The notes: generated by a model not told the origin, from the sequence alone. A stretch of 61,253 nucleotides of DNA, filler included, from Piptocephalis cylindrospora (GCA_003614145.1; 10 parts of 10 records of this genome joined end to end with filler, not necessarily neighbours in it); one strand, 5' to 3'. Positions 25,406 to 37,821 are shown, counted from the whole stretch's first letter. Program-made: numbers and translations.

Positions 25406-28400
25406 TATAAAGATCAAGGGAGCCAACTGGATAGAGCTTCCCCCCGGCTCCTACACACTCCGAACTGTCAAGACGAGTACTGCGCAGATCGAGGTCGATA
25501 TACCTTACGATCATCTCGTCAGTCATGCTCCCATCGGGGAATGGGGTCGAATTGCTCCCCTGCGCATTCTCAGTTTTGATATTGAATGTGCTGGCCGAAA
25601 GGGTATCTTTCCTGAACCTAATGTGGATCCTGTCATTCAGATCGCCAGCATTGTTACTGTGCAGGGGCAGAGCACCCCGTTTATCCGGAACATCATGACT
25701 CTCAAAGGCTGTTCCCCCATTGCTGGCGCCCATGTCATGTCCTTTGATCAGGAAAGAGATCTCCTCGCCAAATGGCAAGAGTTTGTGGCACGAGTGGATC
25801 CGGACGTGATCATTGGATATAACACTGCCAACTTTGACCTTCCGTACTTGTTGGACCGGGCCAGTCACCTTCGCTGTCCTTCATTTCCTCATCTTGGACG
25901 CCTACCGGGTAAGAGTATTGAGGACATGGGATGGCACCTAAAACAAACTGTGCCTTGATTGACATACGCCCTCTTTGTCGACACTAACACCCCATCCCCC
26001 TCCTTTTTTCCTCTCTTTCTCGACGATGGTGCAGGTGTAGAGACACGGGTAAAAAATACCAGATTCTCCTCCAAGGCCCATGGAACCCGGGAGAGCAAGG
26101 AGGTTAACATGGAGGGAAGAATTCAATTGGATATGCTTCAGGTTATGCAACGGGATTATAAATTGCGCTCCTACACCCTCAATGCCGTGTGCGCCCATTT
26201 CCTTGGAGAGCAAAAGGAGGATGTGCACCATTCGATTATTACGGAACTGCAAGAAGGTTCCGACGAGACACGCCGTAGACTGGCTGTCTATTGTCTTAAG
26301 GACGCATACCTACCTCAACGATTGATGGACAAACTCATGTGTCTTTACAACTACATGGAGATGGCTAGGGTGACTGGTGTTCCATTCAATTATCTTCTCA
26401 CCCGTGGTCAGCAGATTAAGGTCATTTCTCAGCTGTACCGTAAGGCCCTTGACGAAAACCTGGTTATTCCAGCCATGCGATCCGGGGCCTCGGATGAAGC
26501 CTACGAAGGAGCCACGGTCATTGAGCCTATCAAAGGATACTATGATGTTCCGATTGCCACCTTGGATTTTGCCTCTCTTTACCCGTCGATCATGATGGCC
26601 CACAACTTGTGTTACACTACCCTCCTCAAGCCCCAGACCATCTCGGAATTAAAGTTGAAAAAGGGCGTGGATTATGAGGAGACACCTACGGGGGATTGCT
26701 TTGTTAGCTCCCAGCACCAAAAGGGTATCCTTCCCACCATTTTGGAAGACTTGCTCAGCGCGAGGAAGCGAGCCAAGAATGACCTGAAGCGTGAGACCGA
26801 TCCCTTTGTCAAAGCTGTCTTGGATGGTCGTCAATTAGCCCTGAAGGTATGGGGCGATTCAGGTGCTAAAGTAGGAGAAGGCATCCACTGCTTCCCTTCA
26901 GGTATCCTCACCTTATCCTCCCTATATAGATCTCCGCCAACTCGGTCTATGGGTTTACTGGAGCCACAGTAGGCAAGCTGCCCTGTCTTCAAATTTCCTC
27001 TAGCGTTACCGCCTACGGACGTGTAATGATTGAGCGAACCAGAAAGGAGGTGGAGGAGCACTTTACCAAGGCCAATGGATATCCGGCTGATGCTCAGGTC
27101 ATCTACGGAGATACTGATTCGGTCATGGTTCGCTTCGGCGTGGATAATTTGGAGCAGGCCATGGCGCTAGGTAAGCAAATGGGAGGTGAATACTCAGTGA
27201 GATGTCCCTAACAAGACCTCATTCCAACTCATCACCATATTTCATTTTCTCATCTCGCCACTCCCATCCTTCATCCTCAGGCCATGAAGCTGCCGAGTTT
27301 GCGACAAAAAGGTTTATTCAGCCCATTCGACTTGAATTTGAAAAGGTTTATTTTCCTTACTTGTTAATCAACAAGAAGCGGTATGCGGGGCTCTATTGGA
27401 CTCGCGCAGACAAGTACGACAAGATGGATACCAAGGGTATTGAGGTAAATTAAATCATGGAGAGTGAGAAGAGGAGAGATGAGGATGTTTAGATGGATGA
27501 CGGGGTTTGGAAGCATAAAGAGGGCACTTGAGAAATCTAAAGGTTGACGTATCCGGTATACTCACATCTCCTCTCCTCCCTTGCCTCCTTATCATGGCGC
27601 ATTGAACAGACGGTTCGACGAGATAATTGTCGGTTGGTGCAAACTCTGATCGATACATGTCTTCGCAAGATCCTTATTGATCGTGATGTTGTCGGTGCTC
27701 AAAAGTAGGTTTTAAGATGGGAGTACTCTCCCAGGGCTTACGAGAGGGAGAAGAAGGCTACGTGGGATGATGGATCATTCACCTGGGAGCGTGTAACAAT
27801 ACGGTCGAGCGAAGGGTTGGTTGGATCGCTCACCCTCTTTTGATAATCCCTTCATTATACCTTAGCTACGCAAAGCAGGTTATTTCAGATCTTTTACAGA
27901 ACAAGATTGATCTTTCTCTCTTGGTAATTTCCAAGGCACTAACCAAGACAGGTAAGCATTGAGTATGGAGATCTATTGGGCGCAGAGCCTAGTTCATTTA
28001 TGTCTCCATCTTGTCTCAATTGTTTTTTTTCTTGTGATAGAGTACGATGCTAAACAAGCTCATGTCGAGCTGGCCAAACGAATGAAGAAGCGAGATGCAG
28101 GTATGCGAACAGGCTTGAAAATTTGCGATATATAATCTCCTAGAGACAAAACACATGCTCATCCTTCCTTCCTATGCAATGTCTATTCTACTAAGGCTCT
28201 GCTCCTGCCCTGGGGGATCGAGTGGCCTATGTAATCATCAAAGCAGCTAAAGGTAGGTCAATATGTGAGGGTTAAAGTACTCTGAGCTCCGATAGCCTTA
28301 ACCCCATCCTCTCCTTTATGATCATTACTAGGCGCTGCGGCATATGAAAAATCTGAAGATCCTATCTGGGTTCTGGAAAATAATCTACCGATTGACACCA

Positions 28401-29007
28401 ACTATTACCTGGACAACCAGCTGAGTAAGCCCTTGATGCGAATCTTTGAGCCGATTTTGGGCGACAAGGCCGGTTCTTTGTGTAAGTTATTGTATCGCTT
28501 GTGAAAAGTAAAGGCGCTTTGCATACGTCATCTCATTTCCCTTACGATTATGACATATACAGTGAATGGAGAGCATACCAGATCTGTGTCCGTTTCGGCC
28601 CCTACAGTTGGAGGACTGATGCGCTTTACGGTGAAACGACTCAAGTGTTTAGGCTGCAAGGCCCTTCTTTCCGATGATGGTAAGTGATAGGAAGGGAAAA
28701 GGCGAAAGGTGCACCCGCTTATTCCCTTCCCATCCACCCTTTGCCCTCCCTCTTTTTCTTAGAAAAAATTGTGTGCAAGGACTGCAAGGGACGAGTGGAA
28801 GAGGTCTATCATCGGCAACTGGAAGTCAAGAACGAAATGGAAATGCAGTACAACCGTCTATGGACACAATGTCAACGGTGCCAGGGATCCTTGCACCAGG
28901 ATGTCCTTTGTTCCTCCCGCGACTGCCCCATCTTCTATATGCGCAAACGAGCGCAGAAAGATGTGAGTGAGGCGGCTGTAACCTTGGCTCGGTTTGATGA
29001 TTGGTAA
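25406..29007 (+). CDS. POL3: DNA polymerase delta catalytic subunit, exonuclease/polymerase/CysA/CysB part (multi-exon)
   Basis: [20 protein letters not shown] (ExoI), [12 protein letters not shown] (ExoII), YCLKDAYLP (ExoIII), [42 protein letters not shown] and [26 protein letters not shown]. Confidence 0.95.
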
Positions 29008-29344
29008 GAGAAGGGGCGGAGAAGCCCGGGGTGGAGGTGCTAGGAAAATGGAATATGGTCTTGACTGCGAAAACATGAGATAAATCCATGGTAGAATGCA
29101 CTGCAATCTCGTAACTTGAGTGGCATGGCGTCTTCCCCCTACACGCCAATTCTATAAGCATGCAGCAGAGCGCTTACCCAGCGCATGACCATGATATGGG
29201 ATATAAACGATGAATGGTGAGGGTGGTATGATAAAGAGAAAGGAGACAAACAATATGACATAGAAATTTAAAAAGTGTATGTCAATTTATACCCACAACA
29301 CTATGGATAGGACCATTAGAAAGAGTTGCTGCTTGAATTGGGAA

Positions 29345-29929
29345 CTAGTTTTTCCTCAAGGCGTTGAAAGATTCACTGGCGGCTCGTAAATCCTTCATCA
29401 ACTCGGGTTTTGTGTTTTCTAATTCTTTCAAGGCTCTTAGGGCCACCTCATCGTAAAGCTCGTCTTTGTTGCTGATATTTCGGGAAACTCCATCCATTCC
29501 CTTGATGATCTTGGCTTCGTCGTTATAAGGTACCTTGTCATCTAGCTCATTGACTTCCTTCCTACATGCATCGATATACTTATTCACCTGCCTTATGTTA
29601 CTAGGACTGGGATTTTTGTAATAATGATTAAGGATAGAGTACTTCTTAGGAAGGTGAATGAAATATTCACCGACCGCGTGAAAACGAACTCTGATCGGAT
29701 GGCTCTGCCTCCTATGGCGATTATCGGACGAGTGGCCATGATGCTGATGATTCACAGGGAGTGGCATGGAGTTTGCACGTTCAGGAGTCCTGCTGGTTTT
29801 CAGCTTGTGCATGGATGGGGAAGATGTTGGGTGGATGAATTCATCCTCATGAACTGGCGCAGATTGCACCAGAGCAGTAGGAATGGTTATAGCAAGGATA
29901 AGGGTGAAGAGAAGGGCGGGAAGCTGCAT
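29345..29929 (-). CDS. Orphan secreted protein, 194 aa, intronless (effector candidate)
   Basis: Signal peptide MQLPALLFTLILAITIPTALVQS-AP; His/Arg-rich linker; helical charged C-terminus; no recognised domain. Confidence 0.75.
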   Translation of the reverse strand: MQLPALLFTLILAITIPTALVQSAPVHEDEFIHPTSSPSMHKLKTSRTPERANSMPLPVNHQHHGHSSDNRHRRQSHPIRVRFHAVGEYFIHLPKKYSILNHYYKNPSPSNIRQVNKYIDACRKEVNELDDKVPYNDEAKIIKGMDGVSRNISNKDELYDEVALRALKELENTKPELMKDLRAASESFNALRKN

Positions 29930-30707
29930 GAGTAGAGTCGTTCAGAAAGTAGTTTGGGGGTCTGGTGTATTCAAAGATAATCGCTGGGGGATGGCGGAAG
30001 AGGAAGCGTTCGTTAAAGCCTAAAATTGGGGGAATGGCAAGATGGGCAGAATAATGGGGTTGTGATGGATGGAAGTGGTGGTTGAGGGCAGTGGGATGGG
30101 GTAGCATGCCCTTTTTATCAGCGCTGTTTGCCAATCTTTAAAAGAGAGCTAGCCGTCTCATTGTATGCCCCAGTTTTTCTCAGAAACAACTCCCTACACG
30201 TGTTTTCAAACAGCAATCTACTTTTTTTCTTCTCTTCAAGCCACCTCATATGCTCTTTTGCGGCCACATGGCCCCTCTGATGGGACCATATCGTGGGCTG
30301 AGCCTGTCATAGGCGCTGCCTTCTAAACCCTTTAGCACTCGGCTAATTACCACAACGATCAATCTGAGGAGAGAGCGAGAGAAGCCTGTATGGCCGCCAA
30401 CATATTCAACAAAGGTGGTTGGGGCTTCTGTGACAACTTTGTCCTATACCAGTGAATAGAGTACACGAACTCAGACCGAACAGCGGAGTAACTCAGCCGT
30501 CAAGGGAATGACGAGTACAAGCAAGTTGATGAGTACCGATGCCATTGAGCTGCACCTATGAGGCCATACAAACTGTCATTGTCTCAGGTAAATATTCTGC
30601 CAAAATGTACAATATGTCCTTTGTGGGATATGAGCCGAACAAAGTCACTATCTTTCTTCCTTACCCCGATAGTACCTACAAGGTCTTCCCCCATCCCAGA
30701 AACCAGA

Positions 30708-30807
30708 NNNNNNNNNNNNNNNNNNNNNNNNNNNNNNNNNNNNNNNNNNNNTTAATTAATTAANNNNNNNNNNNNNNNNNNNNNNNNNNNNNNNNNNNNN
30801 NNNNNNN
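30708..30807. other. Artificial contig spacer
   Basis: N44-TTAATTAATTAA-N44. Confidence 0.99.
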
Positions 30808-31592
30808 AATCTAAAGTGGAAGATCATTGACAAGTGAATAGGAGATATGGTGTTGGGCCGATCGATACATCACGACTTACAGCTTCATCATCCAAGAGCT
30901 CCTCAAAAGCCGGTTGATCTCTGCTCTCCTCCTCGCTCTCCTCCTCTTCAGCTTCCACAGTAGGGGCAGTATCCGTTCCTGAGGGCTTTAGCTCTATTTC
31001 ATTAGAAAATTTAGCGTCATCCTCTTGAAGGGTGGAGGCCTCTTTTACGGCCTTGAAAGCTTTGGCTAACATGGCAGGCATGGGATGAATTAGTCGAGAA
31101 AAGACCTAGATATGTTCTCTTTGGAAGTATTTACTTACGTTGATGGAAAAGGGATCCCCGAGTATCCTTTGCGTCAATTGAGAAGAACTCATCTTCATTC
31201 ACACCTTCAGAGGCCTTTCGCTTTTGGCCAACTGGAGAATCATGCGTATATTGAGATGGAGCGGGTGCCTTTCCAACGGATCGAGGGACCAGGCGACTGG
31301 AAGAGCCCGTCTCCGTCGAGTTCTGCTTGGAGCCGGAGCTTCCCATGATCTTCCTAGGGGCAGGAAGGAGAGAGGATAGGCTTGATCCTCCACTCCCTAC
31401 GGTCTTTCTCCTGGTATCTGGCTCGTCCTTTTCCAGTGCTTTTCGCGGTTCCAAGACGATTTGCACTCGGCCCTTTTTGACTGTACTTTGGACGTTAGAG
31501 GTGGAGGCGCTTATCTTTTTCTTCTCGAGCTGCTGCTGCATCTCTTCCTCCTCCGAGTCGGATCCGTAACCCTGGGAGACAAGAGATGACAT
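30808..31592 (-). CDS. PRCC-like protein (mitotic checkpoint regulator / MAD2B-interacting family), 3' end off contig (exons 31592-31139, 31065-30881, ...)
   Basis: MSSLVSQGYGSDSEEE start, GRVQIV, LSSLLPAPRK, LVPRSV and EDEFFS are characteristic of PRCC-type proteins; in-frame GT-AG introns. Confidence 0.65.
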
Positions 31593-32025
31593 GGTTGGAG
31601 TGATCAAAGGTTAGGATGGTTAAAAATTAAAATGATATACACGAGTGGAAGAAAAGGAAGTTTACTCGCTGCGATGAGATACAAGGCCTCACAAACTCTT
31701 ATCCAGATTTGATGTACATTATGAAAAATGAATGAGCATACTTAACATTGATCTTTGGAATATTACCCATGCATTACTTTCATGAATTGAAAGATAAATG
31801 TTGCCGTATATTTTCCGTTATCAATAGATGTAGACTTATTTTCATATGCGAATTGCTGTGTTTCTCATGTTTACTGCTACTCAGATGATACACTTTACGG
31901 AAAAAGCGCGTATTGCCTTATTATCATTGCCATTTAATCTGGACAACTTATTGTGAAAGTGCTGTACATACTGCGACAGTGAGGATTCAGCGTTCTTTCT
32001 TCTTCCATATCCCTTTTCCCCCCCA

Positions 32026-32481
32026 ATGCCAGAGACAGAAGTCAAGAAACACCTTCGATTCCAAGAAGAACTCGAGTTTGTCCAAAGCCTGGCCAACCCT
32101 TTCTACTTACACCGTGAGTCTTGTTCATCTCCTCGCCTCCTGCTCTGTACCTGCTCATTGTCCCTCCTGCTTGCAGATCTCGCCCAGGGTGGATACCTAG
32201 AGGATGATCGGTTCCTCGCTTACCTTTCCTATCTCTCCTACTGGAGGGAGCCACAGTATGCCCGGTTTCTTGTGTACCCTCATGCACTTCGGTACCTTGA
32301 ACTCCTCGAACATCCCGACTTCTGTGCCAAGCTAAAGCACCTAGAATTTGTTCACGAGTGTCATGATCGACAAAGGGCTCATTGGCTGTACTGGAGAGAG
32401 TCTCGACCGGTGGTCTCGGCAGGACAATCAGATCCAACGCAACAGCAGCATTCACCCTCGGTCAAGCCCTATGCAGTTTGA
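32026..32481 (+). CDS. SOH1: Mediator subunit MED31/SOH1 (63-nt intron 32114-32176)
   Basis: RFQEELEFVQSLANPFYLH|LAQGGYLEDDRFLAYLSYLSYWREPQYARFLVYPHALRYLELL is the MED31 signature. Confidence 0.95.
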   Translation: MPETEVKKHLRFQEELEFVQSLANPFYLHRESCSSPRLLLCTCSLSLLLADLAQGGYLEDDRFLAYLSYLSYWREPQYARFLVYPHALRYLELLEHPDFCAKLKHLEFVHECHDRQRAHWLYWRESRPVVSAGQSDPTQQQHSPSVKPYAV

Positions 32482-32722
32482 GAGGGGGAGAGGGGGGAGG
32501 CAAGGATACCCGCGCTGTTCAATAAATCATACAATAGTAGTTTTCTACGTTCATCATGTAACCTTGCTCTTCAGGATATAAAATCCATCTCTTCAGCGAG
32601 TATCCGATAAAAAATTGAATGGTTCATTAAACGTAAAAAGAGAACCTCTAAACCTCTCATATACCTTAAACAGCAACAATACCAAAAATCACCATCGATT
32701 CTAGTGGGGAACGCAGGGGCGG

Positions 32723-35700
32723 TCATGAGCACTCTCCACAGAGACCAGGGAGACAGCCGAGACAGGTGGCGGCCCCGACATGTGCGCTCGTGAGAATCAT
32801 ATTCACAAGGGAAAAGGTACCTTCGCCTAGGACAAGGCCGGAGGCGACGACGATAACAAGGACCCTTCGGCTTTTTCTCTTGGCCTCCTCCTCGACGGTC
32901 AGATCATCCGACCCGTCGGGAATCTTGGACATACCATGGCGCATGGCAAAATGACCCAGGAGGGCGCCGATGACGCGAGGAAGGGTGTAGTTAGGGGTAA
33001 TCATCATGCCGATCGCAAAAGCAACCCCAGATGGGATCCACCGATGCCAGGTACGGTTAGGGAAGGCTAGCTCCAGAAGAGGTGGGATAGCGGCGAGGAG
33101 GGCAAAGGCAATGATAAAGGGGGTGGTGTTGGTGGGGAGGGCATGACCATTGACAAGCCGGGCCATATCGAGCCAGACATAGGCAGTGGGGACCTGAAAG
33201 TCCGGGCCAGGGATGGGGTAAACAGTGGTGTAGACGGTGTAGGCGGCAACAGAAATGAGGACAGAGAAGAAGGACCCGATGAGCTGACCCCAAAACTGGG
33301 CGCGGGGAGAAGCGCCGATAAGGTGACCAGTCTTGAGATCCTGCATCATGTCCCCAGCCTGCTGGGCCCCGGCTTCGGCAATGCCTCCAGCCACCAAGTT
33401 GGCCACTAGGCCCCCGGGAACCAGGCCGGCAATGACGACCTGGGACACCTTACCAATGCCGCTAACGGGGTTCATGTCAGTCTCGCCCAGGGCCCGGACA
33501 GCCAGGACACTGAGGAGACAGGCTAGGACGACGGAGACGATACTGGCATACCAAGCAACATGAAAGAGGTAGCTGGAGATGAAGATACACAGGATGGAGG
33601 AGACAATGAGGCCACTATAGGTCCAGGAAGATGGGACAAGCCAGGAGATGGGGACATCTTCCTCCCCAACCACTCGAGTGGCCGGGAGATTGCCCTCGAG
33701 GAGTGAAGGATTCCTGGAAGAAGACGAGGGGGCACGACGTCTTTGGGCCTCATTGACGGGGCCCCCAGTCAGGAGACTGATTCGTCGTTGCCTCCTCTCT
33801 TCTTCCTCCTCATACTCTTCATCATCATCATCGGTTCTATCCTCATACCTGGAAGTCTTGGCCCGTTCCGCGCGGGATTCCCGGTGTTGACGGAAGCGCC
33901 GAGTGACCTCCTTGATGAGGATGACGCCCAGACCCACCAAAGACTCGGAGATCATGATGGCCAGGGAAACCCAGAGGATCCAACCACGAGGACCGGTTTT
34001 CTGATCGTTAATGGGCCCCGGAGCCCAGCCTTCGGCCTTGGACAGGGGGCCTAGGACCCCCCAACCCAGGATGGCGCCGGCCAACATGGCCAGGGTGGTG
34101 GGGAGGCCCATGATGACTCCTTGGCCTACATAGCTCAGGGCCGGAGTCAGGTACCAATTCCATTGGGAAAAACCAACCGTCCCACCAGTAATCCAATCAC
34201 CCAGGGGTAGGGCGTTGAGGACAGGAATGAAATGAGCCAGGAGGGTATAGACGGAGGAGATGCCAAAGGAGACTAAGAGGGCTCGGAGCTTCTGAGACCA
34301 ATCAGCCTCGGCCTCAGCTTCAGATTCCCCCTCGATGGCAGATGGCGAGGGGCTGACGGCACCACGGAAGGGGGAAGTACTTGGCCCAGAGGCCTGATGA
34401 ACATTCCGTTTAGCGCTAGAGCCGTCTTCGGCGACCAAGGGAGGTCCGTCAAAAAGGTCAGTAAGCTCCCTCTCCTTGGTCAAGGCGCGGGACCGGGCAG
34501 TACCGGATATGGACCTGTCCCTAGCCACAGAATGGCCTTGTTGGGCCCCGGTGACAAGGGAGGTGGCAGAGCCAGTGGAGTTTGGGGACCCGTGCCTTTG
34601 ACGCATCTCATGGGCCCCAAGAGAGTCTTGGGCCCTGTGGTGAGCCCCGGAGGAGGTTCCAGATACGGAGATATCTTTTTGACGATGGAGAACAGAGATC
34701 ATCTGGGCAGTGGCAGTGCCTGAGGGGAAGGGAAGCTGTTCCTTAATAATGACCTGTTTCCGGAGGGGAACGGCGAAAAAGACACCGAAAAAGGCGATGC
34801 CCATGCCCCAGAGGATGAGCTCGGAGACGCTAAGTACGACCCTTCCCTCACTCTCCTCGAGCATGCCTAGGGCTGGGATGATGCCGACGAAGCCACCGGC
34901 CAAAGGCATGGTGGCTGTGGCAACAGCGGTAGTCTGAAGAACGACATTCTCCACTGGGCCAAATGGGGTCTTTAACCGTCCTTGCAAGGGTTTAAAAATG
35001 GCAAATCCCAAGAGGGAGGATTGCAGAGACATCATGGAGATCCAGCCGGTCTGAAGACCAAAGTACATGTTGGTGAAGCACATGAGGGATCCAACGAGGA
35101 GACCTACGATAATGGAACGGACCTGTATGCGAGAGGGAAGGGAGGGAAGGGAAGGGGCGATGGTGTAAGTACCAAGCGGATATTTCGTTGTGTGATGCAA
35201 AACAAATTCACTTACGGTGATGTGTTTGGCATCAGGATCAATTGTGGGCATACCAGGGACTTGGTGATCCTTCCCCGTCATAGCTAACTCTTCATAAGCA
35301 TCCCCACCTCGACTGCTTTTCCTACGGAATATCCCATCCAAGGAAACACTTGCCCGGTCTGGGAGAGCAGAGGGCCTTCGGTACATGGAGCCGTCCTGAT
35401 TGGAGCCGTAATTGACTGGGTCTATGGCGTGAGGGGAGGTGAGTGCCGTGGAAGAGGAGGGAAGGGGCGGGGGAGAGGGAGAGAGGGAAGAGGAAGTAGT
35501 AGAGTGTTTTGGAGGAGAGGACGAAAGAAATGGGGGATGGGGGATGGGGACAGGCGGGAGCAACGGCGAGGAAGGAGAGAGAGAACGTGACGTTGGGGAC
35601 GAGGAAAGTGACCGATTGGGCAGTGGGGTAGTGGAAGGATGAACCAAGTTTGCGGGGGCGATCTGAGAGAGGGAGGAAGAAGAGAGACTGGGATGACTGG

Positions 35701-36016
35701 GGAGATGGACAAAAGAAGAAGAAGTCTGGTCCGAGGTAGAAATAGCGATGGGCAGACTGGACAAGGTCCTTGATTGGGAAGGGTTGGGAGCGATGGTAGG
35801 GGGGGTAGTGGCGGGCCAGGCTGCTGACACAGCAATAGGCCTGCCTGATGCGAAATGGGAGTGGGGCGGAGTGGCGGAGTTGGTCTGCCCAACCCCATTG
35901 GCAGGGTCAGGAGCCATATTCACTTGGCCACTCATCCCCATTCTCTCTGACTCTTCTGCATCGCGTAGGGATGGACGGGTGGGGGGAGTGGGAGGGGAGG
36001 AATGGGACACAGCCAT
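32723..36016 (-). CDS. OPT-superfamily oligopeptide/YSL-type transporter with long disordered N-terminus (intronless; true start may be internal)
   Basis: NMYFGLQTGWISMMS, ENVVLQT, LPFPSGTATA, RALGETDMNPVSGIGK and QQAGDMMQDLKTGHL; many TM segments. Confidence 0.92.
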   Translation of the reverse strand: MAVSHSSPPTPPTRPSLRDAEESERMGMSGQVNMAPDPANGVGQTNSATPPHSHFASGRPIAVSAAWPATTPPTIAPNPSQSRTLSSLPIAISTSDQTSSSFVHLPSHPSLSSSSLSQIAPANLVHPSTTPLPNRSLSSSPTSRSLSPSSPLLPPVPIPHPPFLSSSPPKHSTTSSSLSPSPPPLPSSSTALTSPHAIDPVNYGSNQDGSMYRRPSALPDRASVSLDGIFRRKSSRGGDAYEELAMTGKDHQVPGMPTIDPDAKHITVSEFVLHHTTKYPLGTYTIAPSLPSLPSRIQVRSIIVGLLVGSLMCFTNMYFGLQTGWISMMSLQSSLLGFAIFKPLQGRLKTPFGPVENVVLQTTAVATATMPLAGGFVGIIPALGMLEESEGRVVLSVSELILWGMGIAFFGVFFAVPLRKQVIIKEQLPFPSGTATAQMISVLHRQKDISVSGTSSGAHHRAQDSLGAHEMRQRHGSPNSTGSATSLVTGAQQGHSVARDRSISGTARSRALTKERELTDLFDGPPLVAEDGSSAKRNVHQASGPSTSPFRGAVSPSPSAIEGESEAEAEADWSQKLRALLVSFGISSVYTLLAHFIPVLNALPLGDWITGGTVGFSQWNWYLTPALSYVGQGVIMGLPTTLAMLAGAILGWGVLGPLSKAEGWAPGPINDQKTGPRGWILWVSLAIMISESLVGLGVILIKEVTRRFRQHRESRAERAKTSRYEDRTDDDDEEYEEEEERRQRRISLLTGGPVNEAQRRRAPSSSSRNPSLLEGNLPATRVVGEEDVPISWLVPSSWTYSGLIVSSILCIFISSYLFHVAWYASIVSVVLACLLSVLAVRALGETDMNPVSGIGKVSQVVIAGLVPGGLVANLVAGGIAEAGAQQAGDMMQDLKTGHLIGASPRAQFWGQLIGSFFSVLISVAAYTVYTTVYPIPGPDFQVPTAYVWLDMARLVNGHALPTNTTPFIIAFALLAAIPPLLELAFPNRTWHRWIPSGVAFAIGMMITPNYTLPRVIGALLGHFAMRHGMSKIPDGSDDLTVEEEAKRKSRRVLVIVVASGLVLGEGTFSLVNMILTSAHVGAATCLGCLPGLCGECS

Positions 36017-36832
36017 GCCGTTTCCGTACTACACTGGTAAGGAAGGGGGGAGAACAAGAGGGGAGGGACACGTGGGGAAGGAAGGTACACCTGGGATCAC
36101 AGAGAATACTGGAGTACAGGAGGAAGGAAAAAGGGAGATGGGGATGCCCGTGCAAGGGGGGAGGGGGTACAAAAACGAGGGTTGAGGCGAGGGGAAAGGT
36201 GATGCAAGGGAAGGGGCGCCCCGAAGGAATGTAACCTCAATACGGATAGATGTGATTTTGCTGGGAGAGAGCAAGAGGGAGAGTGAGGGGTGAAGGAAGG
36301 GAAAGAGGGAGAAGGACGGAAGGGAGGAAAGGACGGATTTTTAAAGCTAGATGACGGACTGTTCAGGTTTGCACTGGACAATGTGGGTTTCTATAATCTC
36401 GGGCTTCTCAAGATGCACTCTGAGTCAGCAACCCCCCTATGCAGGGAGACCCAGAGGAGATGTGGATGACCGAGAGGGGAAAATATGTGCGTATGTGTGG
36501 GGAGATGACCAAAGAGAGCAAGTGATGAAGACAGACATACATGATATAAGAGAGCAGAGCAGGTCAGGAGACGAACATGGCATGTGCACACACTTACTTG
36601 GCATGGGAAAGGTGATTTGGATAGTACTGATGTGGTTGTGGTTGGAGAGGATTTGGCTGAGGGGAAGATCAGGTACACAGATTGTGTGCGCACACGGTAG
36701 AGATGGTTCGAGAGCGGGGGAGAGGGAAAGAAACAAAGACGTTGGGCAGGGGGGGGGGGGGGGGGGAGGAGAAGGGAAAGGGTTGAAAGGGCCGAAGGGT
36801 TTGGGGAGGGAACAACGCCCCGGGGCCGGGGG

Positions 36833-36932
36833 NNNNNNNNNNNNNNNNNNNNNNNNNNNNNNNNNNNNNNNNNNNNTTAATTAATTAANNNNNNNNNNNN
36901 NNNNNNNNNNNNNNNNNNNNNNNNNNNNNNNN
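36833..36932. other. Artificial contig spacer
   Basis: N44-TTAATTAATTAA-N44. Confidence 0.99.
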
Positions 36933-37580
36933 AGAAGGACAAGAAATCTTCTGGCAAATCACTCAATCCGAAAATTACGTCTCAGTCGCCCTGGAGCTCA
37001 CCGGCTCTGCGGTGATGGATGGAGCATCATGGTGTATGTAGAAAGGAGATTGGATGGGGATGGTCCTAGGGTCGGGAAGCCCCAGCGCAGTGGGGAACGA
37101 TGGGTCCGGGTCCTTGGAGCCGAATGTACGCTTCGTTTCCTCGTTGGTCTTTCCACTCGCGATCAGAAGCCAAAGGTCCCCTGGACTAGATGGTGGGCCG
37201 ACCGGGCCAATAACACGAATAGTAGTAACAGCAATGCCCCTACTACCACCACTGCCGCTGCCGCTGCACCCCAGGCCGAACAACCAACTGCTAGGACTCG
37301 ACCGTGTGCTCCCGCTAGCCCCAACCTCTCCCGTGCTTCTTCAACCGACTTTTCCCTCCTTCCTCGCATTCGAAGGCCTTGGTGGCTCCCTTCCTCGGTC
37401 ATTAAATTCTCCTCTCCATCCTCCTCCTCCTCCTCTTCCGCTACCGCAACTACCACAGCAAGGGGTGACTCGCAAGGATCAACTCTTCGTGGGGCTACTT
37501 CTATGATCGAAATTCGCTCCCTTCCCGGGATAACCCAGCAAAATGGAATGAGGGATACCGGCCAAGGCAGCCTCTCATAA
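36933..37580 (+). CDS. C-terminal fragment of a hypothetical protein
   Basis: Frame is open from the contig start to TAA at 37580 (about 215 codons); no recognised motif. Confidence 0.4.
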   Translation, partial: RRTRNLLANHSIRKLRLSRPGAHRLCGDGWSIMVYVERRLDGDGPRVGKPQRSGERWVRVLGAECTLRFLVGLSTRDQKPKVPWTRWWADRANNTNSSNSNAPTTTTAAAAAPQAEQPTARTRPCAPASPNLSRASSTDFSLLPRIRRPWWLPSSVIKFSSPSSSSSSSATATTTARGDSQGSTLRGATSMIEIRSLPGITQQNGMRDTGQGSLS

Positions 37581-37821
37581 AGAGATCCGAGACGTGGCTG
37601 TTGGCCATCATGACGACTTGATTTGGGCTGCACCCGATGTAGGTGCATGTGTGCGTGCGTCGTAGAATAGATACTTTTGATTCATACTACTCTCCTTTCC
37701 TCCCCATTCTCATGGAATAATAACAAGTATCATACGGATAACACGGCTCAAACAACAAATAAAAAGGATAGGTGATCTATGATGTGTGTGTGTGTGGGAC
37801 AGAGGGGATTTCTCCGCATCT

